A stretch of DNA of 64,000 bases from Methanobacteriota archaeon (lineage in GTDB: Archaea > Halobacteriota > Bog-38 > Methanoflorentales > Methanoflorentaceae). The translations under genes were made by a program, and so were the position numbers. The notes under the pieces are model-generated. The model was given only the letters and a program-made list of their open reading frames with translations, was not told where the DNA came from and made no database searches. The stretch spans positions 576,001 through 640,000 of the forward strand of contig CAVRAO010000002.1 of assembly GCA_963719035.1 (NCBI GenBank). Reading direction: 5' to 3'. Position 1 is the first letter of the stretch; each line of letters opens with the position of its first letter. Positions 52,107-63,433 of this stretch are shown in pieces.

Positions 52107-52851
52107 TCAGTGCTGTATTGCACTGACGAAGCTTGCGATTTTGTTTTCGATGTCTGTGTCCTCTTCGATAACCGTACCGGTTACGATAACATCCGCCCCG
52201 GCCTTTGCGAGCAACGCGGCCTGTTTATCCGTCCGTATCCCGCCGCCGACGATGAGCATCGTATCATCTATAGCTGCTTTTGCCGTTTTGACCATTGCTG
52301 GGGGCACCGTGTCTGAGACTCCAGAACCCGCTTCAAGGTAGATCCATCGCATGCCCATGTATTTTCCGGCGAGCGCGTATGCGGCAGCAATCTCAGGTTT
52401 GTTGCGTGGAATGAGCCGTGCGTCACCTATCCAGCCAACAGTGCCGCCCGGTTCGACGATTATATACGCCACCGGAAGCGGCTCCACTCCGTAGCTTTTG
52501 ATAAAAACGGCGCCGAGGGCTTGGTTTGTGCTCAGATACGCTACATTTCTCGAGTTCAACAGACATAAGAAGAAGATCGCGTCGGCGGTGAGGCAGACGC
52601 TGCCAGAATCCGACGGGAAGATGATCGTGGGGACGTTCGTGCTGCCCTTAATTTCCTGCACCGTGCACTCGAGACCACGGCCGCCGACGCCGACTGAGCC
52701 CCCGACAAGAATCGCGGTCGTGCCCCCTGCATGTCGCGCCCCGAGCAATGTGCGCGGCTTGCTCTGGTGACTGGGAGTCAGGATCGATAAGCGTTAGATG
52801 TATCGTTCCTTCTCGAGCGATCGCCTCTTGAAGCTGCTGTTCAATCGTCAC
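52107..52851 (-). CDS. Geranylgeranylglyceryl phosphate synthase, +1 frameshift at ~52733
   Basis: HLTLIDPD (ORF 52648-52851) joined to GTTAILVGGS...YLEAGSG...VGGGIR. Confidence 0.9.
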
Positions 52852-52855
52852 CCGG

Positions 52856-53002
52856 CTAACCCCTTCGTTCCTTGGACTTGACTCTTAAGTTTTTATAACC
52901 GCACTTCCTACACCGCGTCGCCTTTGGAGGGTTGCGCGCGTTACATCGCATGCAGATTTTGATATTTAGTAGCTTTTTTTCAGCTTCTGGAAAACGTGCC
53001 AT
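52856..53002 (-). CDS. rpl40e: 50S ribosomal protein L40e
   Basis: Manual translation: [48 protein letters not shown] (below the ORF-track length cutoff). Confidence 0.95.
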   Translation of the reverse strand: MARFPEAEKKLLNIKICMRCNARNPPKATRCRKCGYKNLRVKSKERRG

Positions 53003-53094
53003 TAGATATACCTCTCACGTCGGTAGCAACATACGTCTAACACCATTTAATCTTTCTGTTCGCGATAATCGCAAGAACGGTGATAAGAGGCCGT

Positions 53095-53598
53095 TCAGCC
53101 TCGCTCGTAGGCTCGTTCGCACGCAAGAAGGTCGGCGACGGTACTCGCTTGAGCGTACTCGTTGAGGGGGGCGGCGTTTAAGGCTAGAAACGTTGGGCCC
53201 CATTTAAACTTACCTAGCAGCTCCATTGCGCGTGGTGCCTGTCCGAGAATATAGAGCGCGGCCCCCAGGGCCTCTACCGTTGTGAGTTCGTACGGCCGCC
53301 CATAGTTGATAGGATTTGCCGCTATGAGGTAAGGGAGTCGCCGTCTACAACGGGCGCGAAGCGATTGGAAGACGTGCTCACGCTGTTTCCAAGAACAGTC
53401 AATAGCGACCAGCGTGTTCACCACATCCGCGCGACATAACGGGGTGCGTGGTGATGGATCGAGTAGCACTGTCTTCGCTCGTGTCAAAGGGCGTCGCGTC
53501 GAACAAAGATCAACTAAATGAAATTTGGCTAGCTTTTTCGCTGTGCACTTTTTTGGATTGCACTGCCCTGCGTGATAAACAAACAAACGCGTGTTCAT
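53095..53598 (-). CDS. tsr3: rRNA aminocarboxypropyltransferase Tsr3
   Basis: QCNPKKCTAKKL, DCSW, RRLPYLIAANPINYG, FKWGPTFL. Confidence 0.92.
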   Translation of the reverse strand: MNTRLFVYHAGQCNPKKCTAKKLAKFHLVDLCSTRRPLTRAKTVLLDPSPRTPLCRADVVNTLVAIDCSWKQREHVFQSLRARCRRRLPYLIAANPINYGRPYELTTVEALGAALYILGQAPRAMELLGKFKWGPTFLALNAAPLNEYAQASTVADLLACERAYERG

Positions 53599-53608
53599 TT
53601 TAGCAAGA

Positions 53609-53977
53609 TTAATCTTGCGTCAAGATGAGAGTATCAAACTTGAACACACGCGAGAAGCCACACTCATCGCACACAACGTTCATCTTAATCTCATCGAGGC
53701 GAACGCTGTGCACAGCCTGCTCCCTACAGTGCACGCAGGCACTGTGCTTCTTGAAGCCCCACGTACCATATTTCAGGCTAATAGGGGGCATAGGCGGTGT
53801 ATCCGTTCCGTAAATCACGCTTCGCATTACGTAATGACGCTGAGCGCCACATGTCGAGCATGTGACGCACCCCGTGTCGTCCTCAATCCTCAAAACTTGC
53901 TTAGCTTTCGTCTGGCAGTGAAAACAAACGACGTCTTTTTCAAACCGCCATTCCATAGGTTTAGTTGTTACACGCAT
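53609..53977 (-). CDS. Double zinc-ribbon protein
   Basis: CFHC/CSTC and CVHC/CDEC pairs. Confidence 0.75.
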   Translation of the reverse strand: MRVTTKPMEWRFEKDVVCFHCQTKAKQVLRIEDDTGCVTCSTCGAQRHYVMRSVIYGTDTPPMPPISLKYGTWGFKKHSACVHCREQAVHSVRLDEIKMNVVCDECGFSRVFKFDTLILTQD

Positions 53978-54131
53978 AGGCCCACCTGCGCTTATGTGTA
54001 TGCGGCCTAATATATCTTTTATTCGCGCTCAATTATATAAGAATATTTAAAAAAAATATATGTCCAAAAAGCCCTCAACACGAGCTCTTTGGACGGTTAC
54101 GGATGTTTTTTGACGGGGACGTGACACCGAA

Positions 54132-54434
54132 TTACAGCGTGCAAGATGATGCTACCTTATCGGCTGCGTCGCCTGCTGTGTTAATAGGAAACTCATCAGC
54201 CTTCATCTTGGAAATATACTCGTGAAGATCGATCTTCTGGCCTTTCATCGAACACTGCATAAACCGGCCCTTTGGAAACACGGTCATCAGCTGCTCGCGA
54301 CTCGTTATCGGAAACGGTACCTGGGCCTTCTTAAGCTCAAACACGATTTCTGCCTTGAAATTTTGAATTTCAGAGAGCGCAGGATCGATACCATAGTCTT
54401 CAAATACCGGATTCTTAGTGGGTTGTTCCGCCAT
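54132..54434 (-). CDS. MTH865-family protein
   Basis: FPITSREQLMTVFPKG...EFPINTAGDAAD. Confidence 0.7.
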   Translation of the reverse strand: MAEQPTKNPVFEDYGIDPALSEIQNFKAEIVFELKKAQVPFPITSREQLMTVFPKGRFMQCSMKGQKIDLHEYISKMKADEFPINTAGDAADKVASSCTL

Positions 54435-54657
54435 TATTATCGCCTCAACATAAAAGATACACTTTATCGATGTCTATACATCAACCGTTATAAGGTCACA
54501 CGATACCTACTTAATAGTTTTGGCAAAAAAAGCAGCTCAGCCCGAGATTCAACCTCTGTTCCGAAATTTTCTAAGTACAATCTGTAGTCTAGAGGCGTGA
54601 ATACGCTCTAAGGCGCTGGCGTGCATCGGGTCTTATTACCCCACCTTTCGTATCCAG

Positions 54658-55071
54658 TCAGTCAAATTCGCTGTAGATCTGTTCCATCAAACTCGGCAGG
54701 CCGTTCAAGACGTCGCCGTACGAGATGATGCCAAGGATCTCTTGCCCGTTGAAAACGGCAAGGTGACTCACCCCAGCTTTTCGAAACATCTTGGCAGCGT
54801 ACAGTATGGGCATTCCTGGGGACACAATAAAGAGCGGCTTGTTAGCTACCTCACCTACCGACACTTTACCTATGTCGACCTCATCGGCAAACAAATCAAC
54901 GACGTCCGTCTCAGTGATTATGCCGAACGGCTCGTCTTTTTCAAGCGGCGATACTATGAACGCGTCCATTCCTCTTTGAACCATGCGCTTTGCGGCATCG
55001 AGAAGAGTGGTGCTAGGATCAACGGTTGCCACTTCATTCGTCATCACGTCCCTGACTTTAAGTCGCTTCAC
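54658..55071 (-). CDS. CBS-domain pair protein
   Basis: KVRDVMT...GIITETD...GIISYGDV; start placed at GTG 55071. Confidence 0.85.
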   Translation of the reverse strand: MKRLKVRDVMTNEVATVDPSTTLLDAAKRMVQRGMDAFIVSPLEKDEPFGIITETDVVDLFADEVDIGKVSVGEVANKPLFIVSPGMPILYAAKMFRKAGVSHLAVFNGQEILGIISYGDVLNGLPSLMEQIYSEFD

Positions 55072-55488
55072 ACTACTCACCGGTGTGTTGTTACGCAAAC
55101 TCTGTACATAAAAGCTCGGGTGTGAGTTAGCGGCACATACGATGGAACCAAAAGTGTGTTTATCTCGTCTCAAACGACCAACGAACTGTGTGAGGGTAGC
55201 AATATTCCTCCATAAAATATATCGTGTTGCGAGTCAATTTAACATAATTAATCATCTAAGTAGTGTAACATCTTGGTGACACAACGTGGATAACGATGTT
55301 ATGCAGTTAGTCAATAAACTCAAGACTGGGGCAGTCGATAGGTGTAGAGAGCGCGTTTTGCGCGCGGCTGAAAAAACGAAATACGGCGAACAAAAGCAGA
55401 ACGTGGTAAAACGTCCGCCACCAGGCGGAATAGCAGCACACTTAAAAGAGCGCCGCGGGCTTTAGTACAAAACCGTCGGAAGTAGAGA

Positions 55489-55812
55489 ATGCCTGGAGAA
55501 GAACCTTCTGTTTTACAGCAAATAAGGAAAAAAGAGGTCGAATTAAGCGTCAGAGCAGATCAGGCCAGAAGAGATGGTGAACAGATCGTCGCAGATGCTA
55601 AAAGAGAGGCCGCCGACATTTTGAAAAATGCGGAAGTTGACGGAAGAAGCACCGCAGAAAGGTGGCATAAAGAACAGTTAGCGAGCGTCCTTGAAGAAGT
55701 CGACAAACTACACAGATCCGGTGAGGATGAGGTAAAAACTGCAAGACTGAAAGGAGAACAAAATTTGCCGAAGGCTATCGACAAAATTGTAAACGTCGTG
55801 ATTTCAGGTTAG
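55489..55812 (+). CDS. atpH: A/V-type ATP synthase subunit H (G)
   Basis: Charged helical 107-aa protein, first gene of the operon. Confidence 0.8.
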   Translation: MPGEEPSVLQQIRKKEVELSVRADQARRDGEQIVADAKREAADILKNAEVDGRSTAERWHKEQLASVLEEVDKLHRSGEDEVKTARLKGEQNLPKAIDKIVNVVISG

Positions 55813-55818
55813 ATCCCT

Positions 55819-57739
55819 ATGCTTCAGAAGATGGCCAAAATCCAAGTCATTGGACCAAAACATGACTTACATAGCGCAGTTGACTTTCTATACAACTTAG
55901 GATCGGTTCATTTAGAGGACGCGACAAAGACGATCTCTCCGGGCGATACAATGTTGCGGCGCTCACAGCAAGGGCCAAGAGCTGACGTCGCGAGCGTATT
56001 AATCAGGGTTAACGGCATGTACAATTTGCTGCCCGAACAGCCTGTGAACGAACAGGTGAAGGCTCAGATCTATAGCGACCTTCGGTGGAAAAATGACGAA
56101 GAACTTGTAGAGGAGGCAAGTCGCGTCATAGGCGAGCTTGAGGCAACGACGAAAGAGCTTGCAACGCGAAAAGGCGACATTGAATTTACCCTCACCAATT
56201 TGAATCATTATGAACAAGTTATTGAGAAACTGCAGCCCTTAGAAAGTCAAATCCCAATCTTAGAGGGGTTTGAGGTCACTGTAATTCTTATAAGCAGACA
56301 GTATAAGGACGTCTTGGACATTATCCGGTCAGCACTCGTTGAGATTACGCACAACCAGTTTGAGCTCATGTCCGCGGACATCGACGATGCCACAACGGCT
56401 GCGGTGACCGTGTTCAACAAGAACTATTCCGACCAAGTGCATTCCTTTATTTGGTCTCAAAACGTCAATGAAGTCCGGCTACCATCTGAATTCTTAGGTA
56501 AGCCGTTCGACGAGGTCCTGACGTTAGTAGAGCAACAAAGAAAGCAGCTTACGACCGAGATGGGTACCATAAATGACGATTTGACAGAACTGTCGAAGCA
56601 ATGGCATCCAGAACTTGCGGTGCTCAAAGAAGTGCTTGAGGACCGAAACGAAGAGCTTAGTGTTTTCTCTAAATTTGGTGAGACTGATTATACTTTTGTC
56701 ATAACGGGTTGGGTGCCGAAAAAGCAACTTAAGAAGACACGAGATGCTTTGAAAGAGGCGTTTGAAGGAAAAGTCATTGTGAACGACCTCACAGTAACCC
56801 GAGAGGAACAAGATACCGCGCCCTCGTTCTACGATAATCCGCGACTTGTCAAGCCCTTTGAGTTTCTGAGCGGGTTGATGAGCGCGCCACGATACGGGGA
56901 GATTGATCCAACGCCACTACTCGCAGTGGTTTTCCCATTTTTCTTCGGTCTCATGGTCGGCGATATCGGCTACGGCTTATGCATATTAGCTATAGCGCTG
57001 GTCGTCAAGAAGTTATATAGCCGAAATAACGCCCTTACAGCAACTTGCGAACATAATGATCATCTGCTCATTCCCCACCATTTTCTTTGGCTATCTTTAT
57101 GGTGAGTTTTTTGGAAATTTCGGGCAAATGATGGGCTGGATAGAGCCAGTCACCATAAATGGGATGACACTCGATAGAATTGAGATCATAGTGCCGATGC
57201 TCATCTTCACCATTGCCATTGGAGTTTTTCACATATTGTTTGGTCTCAGCTTAGGCCTGGTAAACGCCGTAACGAGAAAGAATAAAAAACACACCTGTGA
57301 AAAAGTCGGCATGATACTTGCGATAACTAGCCTAATAGTCATCATTCTCGCCGTTATTGAAGTTATTCCCGCTATACTCGTCACGCCAGGCATAGTTATG
57401 CTTATAGTCGGACTTCCGTTGATTATGTATGGTGGCGGGATAGTAGCAGCTGTCGACCTTATGAGTTCAGTTGGGAACATCCTATCGTACGCGCGGCTGA
57501 TGGCGATCGGTATGGCCTCCGTCGTCTTAGCGCTCGTCGCAAATACAATGGGAAGCTCAATGGGAATTTTGGCGGTGGGAATTTTGATCGCAGCGGTGCT
57601 ACATATAGTAAACATCATTTTGTGCATGTTTAGCCCCTTCATACACTCGTTTAGATTACATATTGTAGAGTTTTACGGCAAATTTTATGAGGGTGGGGGG
57701 AGACAGTACGATCCATTTAAACGCAGGGCGGCAAAATGA
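55819..57739 (+). CDS. atpI: A/V-type ATP synthase subunit I (a), +1 frameshift at ~57033
   Basis: PRYGEIDPTP, GDIGYG in the first ORF; NILSYARLMAIG, RLHIVEFYGKFYEGGG in the second. Confidence 0.92.
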
Positions 57740-57963
57740 GAGTCCACGCGTAGTTGGTAGAGCCGGAAATGCTTGTGCTGATTTGATAAGAAAGGCCTCA
57801 AAAATTTCTCATGATGATACCTCTTGCGATTAAGAAAACATCTGAACGCCAACGGATGAAAATCGTAATTGTTATGACTATATATCGCTGAGATGACAAA
57901 ACGTGAGTCATTACGGTGTCTAAAACAAGAGCTGTAAAAGCAACCTAAGGAGTTGATAAGAAA

Positions 57964-58182
57964 ATGGTAGAACCGATGATACCGATTGGTGCTGCAATAG
58001 CGTTTGGGCTAGGTGCAATCGGAACCGGGATCGCACAGTCGAAAATTGGCGCAGCGGGAGCAGGAGTGATTGCAGAAAAACCAGAGCTATTCGGTTTAGC
58101 GCTCGTTTTTTTAGCGCTTCCAGAAACGTTAGTCATTTTAGGTTTTGTCGTCGCAGCGATTATGCTTTTCGTTCTAGTCTAA
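57964..58182 (+). CDS. atpK: A/V-type ATP synthase subunit K (c)
   Basis: GTGIAQSKIGAAG...LPETLVILG. Confidence 0.95.
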   Translation: MVEPMIPIGAAIAFGLGAIGTGIAQSKIGAAGAGVIAEKPELFGLALVFLALPETLVILGFVVAAIMLFVLV

Positions 58183-58325
58183 CATATGAACGTTGGGAAC
58201 TTCAAGTGCTCGCGCGGGATATACTCGTCTGACAACCATATTTCCAAACAGTCTCAAACCATTGTTGCAGGCGCTAATCCCTCTCTTCTAAAAACGTTGC
58301 TGAATAAAGAAAAAGCAGAAAAAAG

Positions 58326-58931
58326 GTGCTGATGCAAATGATGTCAGAGCAGTTGACTGACTTGCTGGGGGCGATGGAGGAGAGCACTGAGGAACGAATT
58401 AGCGGGATTATTAAGCAAGCTCATCAAGACGCCGAAGAAATAAAAAGAACTGCTGAAGAAAAGGCAGAGATGATCAAAAAGTCGTACCTCGACGGAGCAG
58501 AGAAATCCTTCGAGTCAGAACAGAACAAACTGATTTACAACGCCAAGTCCGAGATTAAAATGGACGTGATCAAAGCAAAGGATGGGATGATACAAAGCGC
58601 GTTTGTCGAAGCCAAAAAAAATCTAGACGATCTTAGGGATCGCGAAAGCTACAAAGGACGTTTTAAGAGCATGATCCAAGAAGCGATGCACGAACTAGGC
58701 GGGGAGAAGGCGCGGCTTCATATCGACATGAGGGATGAAAACCTCTGCAAGCAAATCTTAGATGAGCTGAATGAGAATTCAGAGATCGTCGTCGATTTAA
58801 CGTCTGCAGGAGGGTTAAACGTCAGCACCAGAGACGAAAAAGTTGTTGTATTCAATACAATTGAGTCGAGACTCGACAGAGCTAAAGAATTCCTAGGACG
58901 ACAGATTTTTGCCACTCTTTACGGTGATTAG
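58326..58931 (+). CDS. atpE: A/V-type ATP synthase subunit E
   Basis: Coiled N-terminus, GGLNV...NTIESRL. Confidence 0.9.
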   Translation: MLMQMMSEQLTDLLGAMEESTEERISGIIKQAHQDAEEIKRTAEEKAEMIKKSYLDGAEKSFESEQNKLIYNAKSEIKMDVIKAKDGMIQSAFVEAKKNLDDLRDRESYKGRFKSMIQEAMHELGGEKARLHIDMRDENLCKQILDELNENSEIVVDLTSAGGLNVSTRDEKVVVFNTIESRLDRAKEFLGRQIFATLYGD

Positions 58932-58932
58932 A

Positions 58933-59982
58933 GTGGAGTACGATTACGCGAATGCGCGAATCAGGGCTATGAAAAGTCGCCTGCTTGATCGGAAAGAACT
59001 CGAGGAGCTAGCCGGCAAGTTGGACATTGAGTCTGTGATCAACCAATTGGAGGAAACGCCGTATCGGGGGGACATAGAGGACGCTAGTGTACAACATACA
59101 GGTATAGCTTGTGTCGAAGATGCGCTTCGACGGAGTTTAAGTAATACCTTTCGATTAATTCTGAGTTTTGTAAAGGGAGAAGACGCACAGACCCTTATGC
59201 AGATATTCCTCAACAAGTGGGATATCCAAAATATAAAAACGATCTTGAGGGGAAAAAACATCAACGAGCCGGCAAACGAGATATTAGAGAGTTTAGCACC
59301 GGCAGGCGCACTTGACGACGCGACGCTCGTTGCGCTAACCAAGCAACCAGACGTTAAGGCCGTAATCGATTTACTTGCAACCTGGGGGATCGAGTATTCA
59401 CGCCCCCTAACGCAGCATTTTGCGGAATACAGCGAAAGAAAAGATCTCGTTGTTTTAGAGTATGCGTTAGATAAGTTTTATTACGACAACGCTTTGGGCG
59501 TCGTGGCGGGTGAATCGTACGACGCAGGGATCATTCGCGGAATGCTTACGACAGAAATAGACGTAATAAACATAAAGAGTGTTTTGCGGATCATAAGAGA
59601 CAAAGTCGAAACGGAAGATGTCCAATACTACTTCATTCGCGGTGGAAAAGAGTTAGGTATCAACAAGCTGTCGGCCTTAAGCGCAACGCGAACGATTGAC
59701 GGAGTTATTAAACAATTAACCGGCACTTCGTATGATTTTCTCGCTATTGTTCCCGACGAGTACGTCAAAATGGAGAAGATCTCGGCATTTGAAAAAGAGC
59801 TCGACACGTTTCTCTTGCACAAAGCTCTGGGCCTGTTCACTGGAGATCCGTTAAGCATCGCCTTGGCCATCGGCTATCTGTGGGCTAAGGTAAACGAGAT
59901 CGCAAATATCCGGATAATAGCCTTATGCAAGACAGAGTATGTGCCAGAACGGGAATTGATGGAGGAAATAGTGTTTGTATAA
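58933..59982 (+). CDS. atpC: A/V-type ATP synthase subunit C
   Basis: YANARIRAMKSRLL, WDIQNIKTILRG, KVNEIANIRII. Confidence 0.92.
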   Translation: MEYDYANARIRAMKSRLLDRKELEELAGKLDIESVINQLEETPYRGDIEDASVQHTGIACVEDALRRSLSNTFRLILSFVKGEDAQTLMQIFLNKWDIQNIKTILRGKNINEPANEILESLAPAGALDDATLVALTKQPDVKAVIDLLATWGIEYSRPLTQHFAEYSERKDLVVLEYALDKFYYDNALGVVAGESYDAGIIRGMLTTEIDVINIKSVLRIIRDKVETEDVQYYFIRGGKELGINKLSALSATRTIDGVIKQLTGTSYDFLAIVPDEYVKMEKISAFEKELDTFLLHKALGLFTGDPLSIALAIGYLWAKVNEIANIRIIALCKTEYVPERELMEEIVFV

Positions 59983-60295
59983 ATTTGTAGTCATTACCGA
60001 TCCTGAAACTGCACCGGGATTTCGACTCGCTGGAGTGGAGGTGCTCGAGGCTTCCACCGTGGAAGAGGCGAAGAGCCTAATTCCGCCCTTGTTATACAAG
60101 GATGATACCGGCATTGTCGCGGTGAACGAGGATTTTATGGCTTCACTCGATGAAAAACTCATTGAGAAAATCGAAAAGACGCACAGGCCGATAATTATTC
60201 CCATACCGTCGAGAACGCGACAAATTGATCGCACCGACTACATAGAAAGGATGTTGCGCAGGGCGATTGGCTACAATATCGTTGTAAGGAGATAG
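59975..60295 (+). CDS. atpF: A/V-type ATP synthase subunit F
   Basis: DPETAPGFRLAGV, RRAIGY. Confidence 0.92.
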   Translation: MYKFVVITDPETAPGFRLAGVEVLEASTVEEAKSLIPPLLYKDDTGIVAVNEDFMASLDEKLIEKIEKTHRPIIIPIPSRTRQIDRTDYIERMLRRAIGYNIVVRR

Positions 60296-60298
60296 GAT

Positions 60299-62038
60299 AT
60301 GCTACAGGGATTCATCTCACGGATTTCGGGTCCGGTCGTTTACGCTCACGAAATGCGCGGGTCAAGATTGTATGATGTCGTGCGAGTCGGCCACGAGCAG
60401 CTCAACGGCGAGATAATACGACTGGACGCAGATGAGGCCGTCATCCAAGTCTACGAAGATACGTCAGGACTGCAGGTCGGAGAGGAAGTCGTAAATACCG
60501 AGAGCCCGCTGAGCGTCGAATTGGGTCCTGGCATAATATCGTCAATCTATGATGGCATTCAGAGACCCCTCCCAATCTTGATGGAAAAAAGTGGAGATTT
60601 CATTTCGCGGGGCATAACAGCGCCCGGGCTTGACCGAGATCGAAAGTGGGAGTTCACCCCCTCCGTGAAGCAAGGCGATACAGTGGTAGCAGGAGATGTT
60701 GTAGGAACGGTGCACGAGTACCATATTGAACACAAGATCATGGTTCCTCCAAATGTATCAGGTACGGTAACTAAAATAGCAGGAGGAGACTTCACGGTAG
60801 AGGATACCGTGTGCGTCTTGGATCACAAGACCAACGTTACAATGACGCAGAAATGGCCAGTGCGAGTTGGCAGGCCGTACGCAAAAAAGCTTGATGCCAC
60901 GTCGCCGCTGCTTACTGGACAGCGCGTTTTTGATAGCATATTTCCGGTGACAAAAGGCGGCACTGCCATGATTCCCGGTGGATTTGGCACCGGAAAGACC
61001 GTCTCAGAACAAACGCTCGCGAAGTGGGCTGATACACAGATTGTGGTGTATATCGGCTGTGGAGAGCGAGGTAATGAGATGACTGACGTGCTGACCGAAT
61101 TCCCTGCGTTGGTTGACCCTCGTACGAAGCGACCATTGATCCAAAGGACCATCATGATAGCAAACACCTCGAACATGCCAGTTGCGGCTAGGGAAGCCTC
61201 TATTTACACAGGGATCACCATGGCTGAATACTACCGGGATATGGGGTACGACGTCGCTTTGATGGCAGACTCGACGTCGCGATGGGGAGAAGCGCTCCGA
61301 GAGGTTTCGGGGAGACTGGAAGAGATGCCTGGAGAAGAGGGCTATCCGGCCTATCTGGCAACACGATTGGCGGCCTTTTACGAGCGTGCCGGCAAGGTTA
61401 TTTGTCTGGGTGCAGACGGGCGCACTGGATCAATCACAGTCGTTGGCGCGGTTTCGCCGCCCGGCGGCGATTTCTCAGAGCCGATAACGCAAAATACGCT
61501 ACGCATAGCTGGAGCATTCTGGGCTCTAGACACGAGCTTAGCGTACAGAAGACATTTTCCTGCAGTCAACTGGATAAACAGCTACTCGCTGTATCTAGAC
61601 GACGTCCAGGCGTCTTTTGTTGACAGCATCGCGCACGATTGGAGAGAGCTACGCGACAAGACCATGTTTCTCTTGCAAAAGGAGGTCGAATTGCAGGAGA
61701 TCGTTCAGCTAGTAGGTCCCGATGCGTTGCCAGACACTGAAAAGGCGATCTTAGAAGTAACGAGAATGATACGTGAGGACTTCTTGCAGCAAAGCGCGTT
61801 TGACGAGATTGACTCTTTTTGCCCTCTTGAAAAGCAGTACTGGATGTTGAAAGCAATCCTCGCCTTCCACGATGCAATGACCGAGGCGTTAGGGAAGGGG
61901 ATCTCGCTGCAACAGGTACTGGACTTACCGGTAAAAACAGCTATTGCGCGCATGAAGGAACAGGAAGAGCTCGACACCATAAAGGGCCTTATGGACGTAA
62001 TAGACGACAGTGTGGGGTCTCTGGAGGCAGCAACGTGA
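60299..62038 (+). CDS. atpA: A/V-type ATP synthase subunit A
   Basis: [30 protein letters not shown]; no intein seen. Confidence 0.97.
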   Translation: MLQGFISRISGPVVYAHEMRGSRLYDVVRVGHEQLNGEIIRLDADEAVIQVYEDTSGLQVGEEVVNTESPLSVELGPGIISSIYDGIQRPLPILMEKSGDFISRGITAPGLDRDRKWEFTPSVKQGDTVVAGDVVGTVHEYHIEHKIMVPPNVSGTVTKIAGGDFTVEDTVCVLDHKTNVTMTQKWPVRVGRPYAKKLDATSPLLTGQRVFDSIFPVTKGGTAMIPGGFGTGKTVSEQTLAKWADTQIVVYIGCGERGNEMTDVLTEFPALVDPRTKRPLIQRTIMIANTSNMPVAAREASIYTGITMAEYYRDMGYDVALMADSTSRWGEALREVSGRLEEMPGEEGYPAYLATRLAAFYERAGKVICLGADGRTGSITVVGAVSPPGGDFSEPITQNTLRIAGAFWALDTSLAYRRHFPAVNWINSYSLYLDDVQASFVDSIAHDWRELRDKTMFLLQKEVELQEIVQLVGPDALPDTEKAILEVTRMIREDFLQQSAFDEIDSFCPLEKQYWMLKAILAFHDAMTEALGKGISLQQVLDLPVKTAIARMKEQEELDTIKGLMDVIDDSVGSLEAAT

Positions 62039-63432
62039 CGTCCCACAGTTTACTCACGAAAGAGTATAGGACAATTAGCTACGTTTCTGGGCCGCTAATA
62101 TTCACCGAGAACGTGAAGGGCGTTTCTTTCGGAGAAACTGCCAAGATTACCCTTCCCAATGGAGAAGAGCGGACCGGTCAAGTTTTGGACGTTTCTCAGG
62201 AGCTCGCTGTCGTACAAGTGTTCGAAGGTACGAGTGGGATTGACGATCTACAAACACGCGTCAGGTTTACAGGGGAGCCGCCAAAAGTAAACGTCTCACT
62301 TGACATGCTTGGCCGGATCTTCGACGGCGTCGGCAATCCCCGAGACGGTGGACCACCAATCGTTTCAGAAGAGAGCGTGGATATCGCAGGAACGCCAATA
62401 AATCCGTACGCCAGAGACAAACCGGCCGACTTCATCCAAACTGGCATGTCGGCTATCGATGGCTTGAACACGCTCGTTCGGGGGCAGAAACTCCCCATAT
62501 TCTCGGGCTCCGGTTTGCCAGCAAACCGACTCGCAGCTCAGATAGCCAGACAGGCTAAAGTGTTGGGCGAGGGCGAGAACTTCGCCGTCATTTTTGCGGC
62601 GATGGGAATTACGTACAAAGATGCGTCATTCTTTATGAGGGATTTTGAGCGTACTGGTGCACTGGAGCGCGTCGTATTCTTCATGAATTTGGCAGATGAC
62701 CCTACTATTGAGCGTGTTGCCACGCCAAGATGTGCTTTGTCTGTTGCAGAGTACCTCGCCTACACGCATGACTTGCACGTGCTCGTTATCCTCACCGACA
62801 TGACGAATTATTGCGAAGCGTTGAGAGAGATTTCCACGGCGCGCGAGGAGGTGCCGGGCCGCCGCGGCTACCCGGGATATATGTACACGGACCTTGCGTC
62901 TATCTACGAACGAGCCGGACGGATCAAAGGAAAAAGAGGGTCCATCACGCAAATCCCGATTCTAACCATGCCCGACGACGATATTACGCATCCTGTGCCC
63001 GACTTGACTGGCTATATTACTGAAGGACAGATCGTGTTGAGCCGAGACCTGTACCGAAGAGGAGTAGACCCCCCAATTGACGCGCTTCCCTGTCTGTCTC
63101 GACTGATGAACTTGGGGATCGGACCAGAAAAAACCAGAGAAGATCATCGTAATGTGGCGGACCAGCTCTACGCATCGTACGCTTACGGGAGGGACTTGAG
63201 ACGATTGGTTGCGATTGTAGGCGAAGAGGCGCTGACTGAACTCGATAAGAAGTATCTACAGTTTGCAGATGAGTTTGAGCGACGATTCATATCGCAAGGA
63301 GATGAAGATAGAGGCATTGAAACGACGTTCGGAATAGGCTGGGATATCCTCTCGATGCTCCCCGAGGAGGAGCTAAAAAGGATAAAGCTAGATTATATTC
63401 AAAAATATCATCCAGTTCACAAGGAGAGCTGA
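62035..63432 (+). CDS. atpB: A/V-type ATP synthase subunit B
   Basis: [36 protein letters not shown]. Confidence 0.97.
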   Translation: MTSHSLLTKEYRTISYVSGPLIFTENVKGVSFGETAKITLPNGEERTGQVLDVSQELAVVQVFEGTSGIDDLQTRVRFTGEPPKVNVSLDMLGRIFDGVGNPRDGGPPIVSEESVDIAGTPINPYARDKPADFIQTGMSAIDGLNTLVRGQKLPIFSGSGLPANRLAAQIARQAKVLGEGENFAVIFAAMGITYKDASFFMRDFERTGALERVVFFMNLADDPTIERVATPRCALSVAEYLAYTHDLHVLVILTDMTNYCEALREISTAREEVPGRRGYPGYMYTDLASIYERAGRIKGKRGSITQIPILTMPDDDITHPVPDLTGYITEGQIVLSRDLYRRGVDPPIDALPCLSRLMNLGIGPEKTREDHRNVADQLYASYAYGRDLRRLVAIVGEEALTELDKKYLQFADEFERRFISQGDEDRGIETTFGIGWDILSMLPEEELKRIKLDYIQKYHPVHKES

Positions 63433-63433
63433 C

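Noticed and set aside
55819-57739. Naturally split atpI, and likewise pseudogenised hypF and GGGP synthase
   Set aside because: Single +1 insertions in otherwise intact conserved genes are best explained as sequencing error.
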